From positions 70,323 through 134,322 of the forward strand of contig JACPCR010000051.1 of the NCBI GenBank assembly GCA_016179685.1: a stretch of DNA of 64,000 nucleotides, given 5' to 3'. Shown in pieces: positions 55,897-64,000 of this stretch (the stretch's first letter is position 1; the number at the start of each line of letters is the position of its first letter). Origin of the DNA: Planctomycetota bacterium. Lineage in GTDB: Bacteria; Planctomycetota; PUPC01; JACPCR01. The translations under genes were made by a program, and so were the position numbers. The notes beneath the pieces are model-generated. The model searched no databases. It saw only the letters and a list, made by a program, of their open reading frames with translations, and was not told where the DNA came from.

Positions 55897-58215
55897 ATGA
55901 GCACGCCCATGAATCCCCGCCTCGTCCATGCCCTCGAAGAGTTCGGCCCCGTCGGCAGCGCCGAGGAAATCCGGCAGGCGTTCGGCCGAGCCGTGGAATC
56001 GCTCGGCCAGTCTGGCGGCATCCTCCTGATCCCAGGTGAACAAGCGCGCCACGTCCGGACGGAGAACACCACGCAGCGCCTGCTCCGGACCCCGCCGCCT
56101 CCGGCTCAGACGAAGGAATGGAAGGCCGGACCCGGAGTCACCCTGATCGAGTCCGGCGCGCAGAACGTCCAGCTCCGCGTGCCTCAGATGTCCGGCCTGC
56201 ATATTGCCCGCACGCTGCGCATGGACCCAGAGGGCAGCCTGCAGCACTGGCGCAGCAACCCCATCATCCAGATGGACAACCGTGTCATTCACGGGTCTAA
56301 CAGCTATCTCGACTGGCTTCAGGAGGCGGTGGAGAAGGGGCGGGACCGGCGTTTCTATCTCGCGACGGTCCGGGGCATCCGGCCAGGCCAGTTTCTCAAT
56401 GCCCACGAGGGGCCCGGAATGAAAGGCGGTGTTGCCCGTCTCTGCGTCAAATCCGTCGGTTACGACGCCGCGAAGAAGCTGCACTACCTGGTGGCGGACA
56501 CGGACCTCGACCACATCGCCGGGGCCATCCTCCAGAACAAGAACAACGTGGGGCTCCTCCGGATGAACCAGACCGCCAACAGCGACGAGCAGACCTATGA
56601 CGTGGTGGTCAACCGCTACCAGTACGCCCACGGGGACACCTACATTTTCTTCGGCGGCTTCAGCTACATGAGCAACATCCATTCCGCCTATGGCGACGAA
56701 AACGGCGTCATTTACGGAGCTTTCACTCATAGCCTGACCAACGCCTTCCGAGGCCGAGTCGAGACCGTCGACGCCGCCCGCGGACAAGTTCGGTTCGCGC
56801 TCGGATCGGTCCACGCGGAAACGCTGGCCAACTCGCGGCCGCTTGTCAACCTCAACCCCAACAAATGGACGACGCAGGGCCGTGTCTGGATCGTGCCGGC
56901 CGAGTCCTACTGGAAGCCGGTCGACACGGGGAAATACCCCTTCCAGGGAAAGACGTATCCGACGGTCTACCCCGATAGCCCCCTCACGGGCCAGGCCGGC
57001 TTCACCGTGGACGAGTTGACGCTGAAGGACGGAGGGAGCGACCTGCCGGGCCTGCGGATGGGGGGGCTCATCCGCGGCGGTCCGGAGTGCCCGTGGACCG
57101 AGGGGATCGTCGGCCGCTTCTTTGCCGTCACGGAGGAGAGCGAGCTGGTCTATCCGAGCTACGCCATTCCGATCCACCGGGAGCGCGAGGATGTCTCCGG
57201 GCCCTATTATTCGAGCCTGACCGGAGGGGGAGTCCTCCGCTGGTATCGGATCAGCTCGCTGCGGCAGAATCCCGACGGGACCAAGGACATCGAGATCGAA
57301 CGATTCTGGTCCGGGGCGAGGACCGCGGGGAGTCCGACACTTTTCGACTTCGAGAATTACACCTGGGACGCGCATCTCCGGCCGTTGCGATACGCCATAG
57401 CGCCAGGCACGTACGTCCTGGACGTCTCGCGGGCTGTGCCGGGCGAGTCGGGGGAAAGCGAGCGTCTCCTGGGGCTGGCTCCTCACGGGGACGCCGGCAC
57501 GGCGATGGACTTCGAGCCGGGCGACGAGGTGGAGCAGGCGATCGGACCCGATCCGTTCAAGCCGGTGGCTTTCCGCGCCTGGTTGTGGGACCACGTGCCC
57601 GGCGCCTGGCCGTCGCCGGTCATGGATGTCTCCAACTGGGGCGCGTCTTCACGCTACGCTGCGCTGGCCGTCCGCGGCCTGGGCCGCAGCCTCGAAGAGG
57701 TCCAGAAACGCCAGGAGAAGAAGCCCGCCTGGGATAAGGCCATCAGCCTCGAGGCGGCCTGCACCGTGGGCATCGACTGCAAGGCCGACTTCGCCGACGC
57801 GGCCATCCTGTTCGAACAACCTTACCGCGAACAACCCATCAAGTGGCGTTACGATCACAGGCCCGGCCGCCCGCCTCAAGAGGCCATCCTGACGGTTTCC
57901 ACTCGGACCGGCGAGCTGCGATACCAGGGCGGCGGAATGCGGCTGCCTGGTCCGCTCTCCGAGGTGCAGGGACTCTCCGGCAGCCCCGCGCCCGCCCGCA
58001 ATCTCCGAGGCAAGAACGTGCCGGTCGAGCCGGGTGCAATCTCATCGCGAATCCAGTTTGACCGACCGGAGTCCGACGCCGATTATGCGGTCTTAGTCGA
58101 ACAGTCCTGGCTTTCGAGTCACGCCGTCTCGGAGAAGTCGGCCGAGGGCTTTCTGGTCGCCTTTGACCGTCCGGCGCCGCGGGGCGCGACACTGGACTGG
58201 ATGATGGTGCGATGA
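55897..58215 (+). CDS. Large hypothetical protein (tailspike/fibre-like termini)
   Basis: 772-aa ORF with host-like codon usage; see findings. Confidence 0.7.
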   Translation: MSTPMNPRLVHALEEFGPVGSAEEIRQAFGRAVESLGQSGGILLIPGEQARHVRTENTTQRLLRTPPPPAQTKEWKAGPGVTLIESGAQNVQLRVPQMSGLHIARTLRMDPEGSLQHWRSNPIIQMDNRVIHGSNSYLDWLQEAVEKGRDRRFYLATVRGIRPGQFLNAHEGPGMKGGVARLCVKSVGYDAAKKLHYLVADTDLDHIAGAILQNKNNVGLLRMNQTANSDEQTYDVVVNRYQYAHGDTYIFFGGFSYMSNIHSAYGDENGVIYGAFTHSLTNAFRGRVETVDAARGQVRFALGSVHAETLANSRPLVNLNPNKWTTQGRVWIVPAESYWKPVDTGKYPFQGKTYPTVYPDSPLTGQAGFTVDELTLKDGGSDLPGLRMGGLIRGGPECPWTEGIVGRFFAVTEESELVYPSYAIPIHREREDVSGPYYSSLTGGGVLRWYRISSLRQNPDGTKDIEIERFWSGARTAGSPTLFDFENYTWDAHLRPLRYAIAPGTYVLDVSRAVPGESGESERLLGLAPHGDAGTAMDFEPGDEVEQAIGPDPFKPVAFRAWLWDHVPGAWPSPVMDVSNWGASSRYAALAVRGLGRSLEEVQKRQEKKPAWDKAISLEAACTVGIDCKADFADAAILFEQPYREQPIKWRYDHRPGRPPQEAILTVSTRTGELRYQGGGMRLPGPLSEVQGLSGSPAPARNLRGKNVPVEPGAISSRIQFDRPESDADYAVLVEQSWLSSHAVSEKSAEGFLVAFDRPAPRGATLDWMMVR

Positions 58216-58374
58216 AACGACAACTTCAAGCGGAATCGGAAGCGTCCGCTATAATTTTGCGCTTTCCGGCCAACCGGGGACGCAAGGGTTCCTGCGGCCG
58301 GCTTTCCTTTGAGCTGGCTCACGACCAGGAACTCGATCGTGGGCAGCTTGGCCTTTCATGCGGAGTCATTCAGC

Positions 58375-59391
58375 ATGTCCAAGAAAGTCGCCGTCGCCAT
58401 GATCGGGTGCGGAGGCATGTCGGGCCACCACGCCCGGGTCCTGAAGCGCAACGCGGACGCGCAGGTCGCCGCCGCCTGCGATGTCAAGGAGGAAATCGTC
58501 CAGAACTACATCAACAACAATTTGGCGGACGTCCCGACACGGCCGCAGGTCTTCACCGATGTCCGGCGGATGTTGAAGGAGGTCGAGCCTGACGCGGTGT
58601 TCATCTGCACGCCGCACACCCTCCACTACGAGCAAGGGATGCTCGCACTCGACTCCCGCTGCCACGTCTTCATGGAGAAACCGATGGTGACCTCGGCGGA
58701 CCATGCCTACAAACTCGCCCGGAAGGTCAAGGAGACCCGGAAGGTCTTCGTTATCGGCTACAACACTCCCTGTACCCCGGAATTCAACTTCTTGCGCGAC
58801 CAGATTCGCAAAAAGGCATTCGGCAAGCTCGAACTGGTTGTCGGCTACATTACCCAGAACTGGCTCAAGGGCACCTTGGGCACGTGGCGGCAGAAGCCCG
58901 AGCTGTCCGGGGGCGGCCAGGCCTACGACAGCGGAGCCCATCTTCTCAACAGCCTCTGCTGGTCCGTCGAGTCCAACGTCGGCGAGGTGTTCGCGTATCT
59001 CGACAATTGTGGCAGCCCCGTCGATATCAATTCTTCGATCAATGTCCGGTTCGAGAACGGCGTCATGGCCAGCATCGTCATCAGTGGCAACTGTCCGCCG
59101 GGCGGCGGCACCCACATGGCCTTCGTCTTCGACGGCGGCCGCGTCGAGATCGACGGCTGGGGCGGCTCATGGATACGCGTCTTCGACCAGAGCGGCCTGA
59201 TCAAGTACCCGCCGATACACGGCAAGCCGCAGTCGCCGGACGACAACTTCATCAACGCCGTGCTGGGCCGCGACGAGCCGCGTACCTCGCCCGCCAACGG
59301 CATCGTCCATAGCGAGCTCATGGACGCCATCTACGAGTCCAGCCGGACCGGCAAGCCTGCCAGGCCCAAGCGCCGTCGAAAGGGCTCTTGA
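58375..59391 (+). CDS. Gfo/Idh/MocA family oxidoreductase
   Basis: IGCGGM, ICTPHTLH, HVFMEKPM, WR...SGGGQAYDSGAH. Confidence 0.92.
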   Translation: MSKKVAVAMIGCGGMSGHHARVLKRNADAQVAAACDVKEEIVQNYINNNLADVPTRPQVFTDVRRMLKEVEPDAVFICTPHTLHYEQGMLALDSRCHVFMEKPMVTSADHAYKLARKVKETRKVFVIGYNTPCTPEFNFLRDQIRKKAFGKLELVVGYITQNWLKGTLGTWRQKPELSGGGQAYDSGAHLLNSLCWSVESNVGEVFAYLDNCGSPVDINSSINVRFENGVMASIVISGNCPPGGGTHMAFVFDGGRVEIDGWGGSWIRVFDQSGLIKYPPIHGKPQSPDDNFINAVLGRDEPRTSPANGIVHSELMDAIYESSRTGKPARPKRRRKGS

Positions 59392-59483
59392 TTCGTCCTT
59401 TTCCCGTTGGTCACGGCTTCAATCCTTGAAGACACCTGAACCGTACGATGACGGCTGCACTCCGGGTTACGCTCGCCGTCTTT

Positions 59484-59511
59484 CCTGACACCTGACACCT
59501 GACACCTGACA
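59484..59511. repeat. Heptamer tandem repeat (CCTGACA)x4
   Basis: Read directly; lies just upstream of the ATG at 59530. Confidence 0.9.
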
Positions 59512-59529
59512 CCCTCCGGACTCTTCCCC

Positions 59530-60216
59530 ATGACCCGCTTCCCCGAACTCGACGCTTCCATGCGCTCCGTCGACGATTACTACAAGTCCCGCGGCCTCTT
59601 CCAGGAACGCTTCGGATTCGGCTGCAAACCCGCCATCGTGGTCATCGATTTCGCTTACGGCTGGACGGACGCCGCCTACGCGGGGGGCAGCCGGAGGCTG
59701 GATGAACCGGTGCGAAACACCCGCAAACTCCTGGATTTTGCCCGGCCGCGGCGCGTCCCCATCGTCTACACCACATCCCCGTTCCGGCCCCAGACCGGCG
59801 ACCCGCCATTCAAGTCCGCGGCCGACCGTTCGCCCCGCTTCAGGCCCTGGGACGCCCGGGCATGCCGGATCGACGCCCGGATCGCTCCCCGGCCCGGGGA
59901 ACTGGTGATTCTGAAGGAGAATGCGAGCGCTTTCTTCGGCACCCACCTCGCCCCGTACCTGATCGAACACGGGGCGGACACCCTGCTGATCACCGGGTGC
60001 AGCACCAGCGCATGCGTGCGCGCCACGGCGACGGACGCCAAGGCCTACCGATTCCGGCCCGTGATTATCCGAGAGTGCGTGGGAGACCGGGCGGAAGCGG
60101 CCCACGAGTGGACCCTCTTCGACATCCAGGCGCGGTTCGCCGACGTCGTCTCGCTCGACGCCGCTCTGAAATACCTTGGGAAATGTCGTGTCCGGCGGCG
60201 CAGGAAAAACGAGTAG
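59530..60216 (+). CDS. Isochorismatase-family cysteine hydrolase (N-carbamoylsarcosine amidase/NicF-like)
   Basis: VVIDF, KENASAFFGT, GCSTSACVRATATDA, ECVGDR. Confidence 0.9.
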   Translation: MTRFPELDASMRSVDDYYKSRGLFQERFGFGCKPAIVVIDFAYGWTDAAYAGGSRRLDEPVRNTRKLLDFARPRRVPIVYTTSPFRPQTGDPPFKSAADRSPRFRPWDARACRIDARIAPRPGELVILKENASAFFGTHLAPYLIEHGADTLLITGCSTSACVRATATDAKAYRFRPVIIRECVGDRAEAAHEWTLFDIQARFADVVSLDAALKYLGKCRVRRRRKNE

Positions 60217-60312
60217 GCGAGTTCGCCAGTGTGCTGACGCCCGCGCGGCAAGGGGCAGGGCGATGCCACAAACGAGGACTGATGATCGTCGTCCGACCCC
60301 GAAGAACGGAGG

Positions 60313-61065
60313 ATGACCGTTATGGAACTGACCGAGCAGCACCGCCAGCAGTATTGGGACGAGGGCTACACGTTCGTCCCCAACCTGATTCCTGGGACCG
60401 ACATGGCCGCCCTCCGGGCCCGCGTCCTCGAAATCGTCGAGGGAAAGCACACCTGGCCACCCCGGCACTTCCAGGTGCTGGACCCCAGCCGTTACAAGAA
60501 TCCGGACGGCAGCCCGATCCCCGTCGGCATCCAGAGGCCCGGCAAGGTAGAGAAGGTCTTCGAGACCGTCGCCTACCATTCCCACCTGGAAGCCGCGATG
60601 AGCCACCTCCTCCGCGGTCCCGTCGAGCTGTTCACGGACCAGGTTGGCGTCAAGCACGCCTGTATCCGTGAGGAGCAGGCGGGCAAGACCTTCTACCACC
60701 AGGACTCTTACTACTGGAAGATCGATCCGAAGCTCGGCTGCAACTGCTGGATTCCCTGCGACGAGGTCGGACGGGGGGCCATTGCCCTCGGCATCCTGCC
60801 CCGCAGCCACCAGGGTTGGGTCATCACCCCGCACGAGTCCTATTACGACGATCCGCCCTACTTCGGCGCCGGCAGCTCGAAGCCGTTCATGCGACACCGC
60901 GTCCCGCTGAACCTCGTCGACTTCTCGAAGGAGGTCGTCGTTCCGATGAAGCCCGGCGACGCCCTCTTCTTCACCAACTATACCTGGCATCGCTCCGAGG
61001 AGAACCGCTCCGGCGCGACGAAGGTCTTCTACGCCATCGCGTACAAGAGGACCATGAAGTCCTGA
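60313..61065 (+). CDS. Phytanoyl-CoA dioxygenase (PhyH) family Fe/2OG enzyme
   Basis: YWDEGY, YHQD, LPRSH, MKPGDALFF...WHRS..N. Confidence 0.88.
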   Translation: MTVMELTEQHRQQYWDEGYTFVPNLIPGTDMAALRARVLEIVEGKHTWPPRHFQVLDPSRYKNPDGSPIPVGIQRPGKVEKVFETVAYHSHLEAAMSHLLRGPVELFTDQVGVKHACIREEQAGKTFYHQDSYYWKIDPKLGCNCWIPCDEVGRGAIALGILPRSHQGWVITPHESYYDDPPYFGAGSSKPFMRHRVPLNLVDFSKEVVVPMKPGDALFFTNYTWHRSEENRSGATKVFYAIAYKRTMKS

Positions 61066-61128
61066 CCGGGCCGGCTTCCCGCTCCTTGCTCCTCGCTTCT
61101 TTCTTCTCCCTCTTCTCCTGTCCCCTCG

Positions 61129-61560
61129 TCACCCCGCTATCTGGCGTAACAGATCGCTGACCCGAGAGGTCAGGTCGTCTCGGACGGACCGGAATACCTT
61201 CAAGACCTCGTCCCTCGACCCAGACGCCCGCGCCGGGTCCGGGATGGGCCAGTGCAGACGCTGCACCCGGCCCGGGAAGGCAGGACAAGTCTCCTCCGCA
61301 TGCCCGCAGACCGTGATGACCAGGTCCACCGCGTCTGCCGGCACCTCTTGCAGGTGCTTGGACCGGTGGCCCGTGAGGTCGAGTCCGATCTCCTTCATGA
61401 CCTCGATCGCCAGGGGATGGACGTAGCCGGCAGGCTGCACCCCGGCGCTGTAGACTTTGATGCCCGGGTAGGCATCCCGCCGGACCAGCGCCTCCGCCAT
61501 CTGTGAGCGGCACGAGTTGCCCGTGCAAAGGAACAGAATGCCATGGGGACCGTCGGCCAT
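61129..61560 (-). CDS. arsC: Arsenate reductase ArsC (LMW-PTP fold)
   Basis: LFLCTGNSCRSQMAE, SAG, VITVC...CPAFPG, HWPIPDP, FRSVRD. Confidence 0.9.
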   Translation of the reverse strand: MADGPHGILFLCTGNSCRSQMAEALVRRDAYPGIKVYSAGVQPAGYVHPLAIEVMKEIGLDLTGHRSKHLQEVPADAVDLVITVCGHAEETCPAFPGRVQRLHWPIPDPARASGSRDEVLKVFRSVRDDLTSRVSDLLRQIAG

Positions 61561-61696
61561 GTTCGTCTCGGAATGACCATATATCCGTGGTTTTCGCGAA
61601 TCCGCGGGGCATGTTTCAGCAAACTCCCCATGCCGATCCTTCATGGCTGAAATCCCCGTTTCCAGCGTATCCCCTTCTGCAATCAGCGGGAAAACA

Positions 61697-62422
61697 TTAC
61701 TTCGCACCCGCCCGGCGTTTCGAGTAAAACTTCGGGGGCAAGAAGGGGTCGGTCTTGCTTCTCAGCCGGTCCGGGATGTCGGTGTAGTTCGAAATCTGCG
61801 GGGTATCAGCATGCCCGTAGTAGAGATGAAGGGTGCGCCTCTGCCGCGACCCGAGGCGCAGCCGGGCCGTGTGGACCAGAGCCGTGTGGAAAAAGGCCGC
61901 GGTGCCCGCGGGGCCGAGAAGGTCTACCTCCCGGGCACGATCGTGTTCCCCGGGCTTCACGTCCCTCCACCGGTTATGCGTGCCTTCCACCATGGCAAAA
62001 CAGTGGTCCGTGTTCGAAACATCGCTCAGGTAATAGACGAGCGACAGGGCGTGAATGCCCAGAGGATAGGTCTCATTGCGCTTGAAATCCCGATGCCACG
62101 CCGGCTTCTCCGGGATGACTTGGGTGGGATTCCTGAACATGGCCGAAAACTCGTCGAACGTCACGTCCTCGATGAGCGTCCTGAGAATGGGCATCAATCG
62201 GGGATTCTCGACCGTCAGGTCCAGTTCGGGCACACGCAACAGGATGTTGGCATCCTGGAGATGTCCGTCCCCGCGCTTCAACGGCCAGTCATTGGACTTG
62301 AGGTCGCGGTCGAGCGCTTCGTTGATCACCCGCACCTCCTGGGGCATGAGCGCTCCGGGCAGGATCAAAAATCCTTTCTCATCGAATTTCTGCCTCAGCG
62401 CATCGAGATTTTGGGCATTCAT
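61697..62422 (-). CDS. Phytanoyl-CoA dioxygenase (PhyH) family Fe/2OG enzyme
   Basis: FDEKGFL, WHRD, YYLSDV, VEGTH, GPAGTAAFF...VHTA. Confidence 0.85.
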   Translation of the reverse strand: MNAQNLDALRQKFDEKGFLILPGALMPQEVRVINEALDRDLKSNDWPLKRGDGHLQDANILLRVPELDLTVENPRLMPILRTLIEDVTFDEFSAMFRNPTQVIPEKPAWHRDFKRNETYPLGIHALSLVYYLSDVSNTDHCFAMVEGTHNRWRDVKPGEHDRAREVDLLGPAGTAAFFHTALVHTARLRLGSRQRRTLHLYYGHADTPQISNYTDIPDRLRSKTDPFLPPKFYSKRRAGAK

Positions 62423-62638
62423 GCAAGTTCCTTTCGTGGATTCGCAAGAATTCCTGGGGTCCTCTGGCCCAAGCTGAACAGCCGTCGAGAAAATAGGGTC
62501 ATCTTCAATGGGTCATGATACGCAAAGTGGCGTGGGACAGGCAAGTATGGCAGCCTTGTGTCACTTCTCAATCAGTTCGGGTAAGACTTAGACGAATGAG
62601 CAGGTGCAGCCGCACTTGCTCATTCGTCCACGAGGCGA

Positions 62639-63028
62639 TCATTCCCGGGCTTCGGGCAGGTCGAGGAGAAACCGCCAAGCAGGCACCATCGTGATGCGTC
62701 CCCCATGGGTTTCGATGAGGTCATCCTCGTTCCTCGTCACGATGATGCCTGTTTGGAGTTTCAGTTCGGCCATCGCCTCACCAAGAGCCGACACCTCGCG
62801 CAGGCGCGTCTGTGGATCGGCCATGGACTCGCATGCCTGAAACAGGGCTTGCGGGGGTTTTCGGCCGGATCTGCCCACGGCAGCCCCAGCGCAAGCTGGG
62901 ACGACGAAATCCACCTCGCGCCCGGTTCTCGTCCTGGAGCAGCAGATTTCAGGGTGCAGTCTCCGGAGAGCCGTGAAGAGCAGATTCTCGAACAGATGCC
63001 CCGAGTTGACGAGGATTCCCGACGACAC
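62639..63028 (-). pseudogene. C-terminal fragment of an AAA-ATPase + DUF4143 (PD-(D/E)xK-like) protein
   Basis: GHLFENLLF..LRR, TRTGREVDFVV, QAC...TRLREVSAL, GIIVT, VPAWRFLL; no Walker A or ATPase region upstream. Confidence 0.7.
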
Positions 63029-63132
63029 CGATGCAACTGGACATGGCGACCGGAGGAAGGCAAGTCGTTACAATATCATGGGCTTGGTTCATGGCGTTTT
63101 TCCCCCGAAGGGGAGAGGAGCTCATCGAATCT

Positions 63133-64000
63133 ATGGTCCGCTTCATGGTTCTCCTCGTTGCCGGACTTGCGTTGATTTTCGGATTAGACGGCATCAGCGC
63201 CGAGGGCACTGATGCCCGTCCTGCCTCCCAGCGATATCCCACGCCTTCTACCGAGGCACGCTCGGAGATGGTGAAAAAGGCAGCGGCCTTCCTGGTCAAA
63301 GGTCAGAACGACAATGGCTCTTTCGGGCTCGGAAAGGAGGTGGGCGTCACGGCCATCGTGCTCAACGCCCTCTTGGTGAGTGACGCGGCCTTTTCTGACC
63401 CGGGTAATGCGGTCAGCCAGAAAGCGCTCACCTTTCTCCTGGACAATGTGCAGCCGAACGGGCGGATCAGCGATCCGGGCGGCAAGTATGACAACTACAA
63501 GACGAGTGCGAGCGTGGTGGCGCTTTCAGCGCTGGGGGAGAAGGACTATGCGGCCCTGATTCAAGCGGCGGCCGATGCGGGCCACCTTTCCAGGGACAAA
63601 TTGGCGGAACTGAGCCGGGAGCGGGTGTTCTCGGGCGCACAGAAGTATCTGACCTCCCAGCAGGCGAACGAGTCCTCCGGCTTCGAGCGCCACAAGAGCG
63701 TGGAATATGGCGGACAGGATTATGGCGGGGGCCGGATGCCGGACGTCTCGAACAGCCAGTTTGCCTTGGATGCTTTGTACACTATGGGCCTGCGCAAGGG
63801 CCATTCTTATTTCACCCGAATGGAGGTATTCCTGAGCCGCAGCCAGAATCTGAAGAGCGTGAACGACCTCTCGGACGAGGCCAAATTTCCCGACCTGAAG
63901 AATTTCGAGGTGCAGGATGACGGCGGCTTCAGCTATGCGCCGGCCCTGAGCAAGTCCGAAGTGGACGTCAACGAAAGGGGCAAGAAGATAGCGAAGTCCT
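63133..64000 (+). CDS. Exported prenyltransferase/squalene-oxidase repeat protein, 3' truncated (absent from the ORF track)
   Basis: GAGGAG RBS; my translation gives MVRFMVLLVAGLALIFG...AAAFLVKGQNDNGSF...FLLDNVQPNGRI...NYKTS...GGQDYG...PDVSNSQFALDAL...DGGFSY, open to the window end. Confidence 0.85.
   Translation, partial: MVRFMVLLVAGLALIFGLDGISAEGTDARPASQRYPTPSTEARSEMVKKAAAFLVKGQNDNGSFGLGKEVGVTAIVLNALLVSDAAFSDPGNAVSQKALTFLLDNVQPNGRISDPGGKYDNYKTSASVVALSALGEKDYAALIQAAADAGHLSRDKLAELSRERVFSGAQKYLTSQQANESSGFERHKSVEYGGQDYGGGRMPDVSNSQFALDALYTMGLRKGHSYFTRMEVFLSRSQNLKSVNDLSDEAKFPDLKNFEVQDDGGFSYAPALSKSEVDVNERGKKIAKS

Noticed and set aside
58260-58310. Possible c-di-GMP-I riboswitch (GGGACGCAAG)
   Set aside because: Lacks the GGCAAA-stem-GAAA P1/P2 architecture; only a short chance match.
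61129-61707. arsC as part of an arsenic-resistance island; ORF extension to 61707
   Set aside because: No arsR, arsB or acr3 nearby; the extension lacks homology-like features and the gene likely starts at 61560.

Overview
GC-rich bacterial chromosomal segment. Gene content suggests Planctomycetota (three prenyltransferase/squalene-oxidase-repeat proteins, HEAT/TPR envelope proteins, UROD-like, Gfo/Idh/MocA and PhyH genes); this taxonomy is an inference. It has about 50 CDS. Recognisable genes are a PTS enzyme I (partial), a SurA/PrsA-like PPIase, moeB, a SufS-like desulfurase, an Amidase_3, pilD, rsmB, M24/M29/M20/C13 peptidases, a carbamoyltransferase with a GT-C protein, nadD, frdABCD and arsC. 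There are three gene remnants. I found no rRNA, tRNA, CRISPR array or intact transposase. Main points of interest: (1) several interleaved families of intergenic palindromic repeats, including a 37-nt unit in which an 8-bp stem closes three GNA-triloop mini-hairpins, forming BIME-like mosaics; (2) a SufS-like gene followed by an IscU/SufU-like protein with atypical ligands and an apparent acyl-carrier-protein-like C-terminal domain, divergent from moeB; (3) a Cys-depleted HdrB/CCG-like gene divergent from frdABCD; (4) an operon encoding a secretin N-terminus without a pore domain, a TPR-gluzincin and a prenyltransferase/HEAT protein; (5) a 1978-aa protein with three ~377-aa repeats and a tailspike-like orphan. 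All family calls come from motif recognition by eye, not from database searches.
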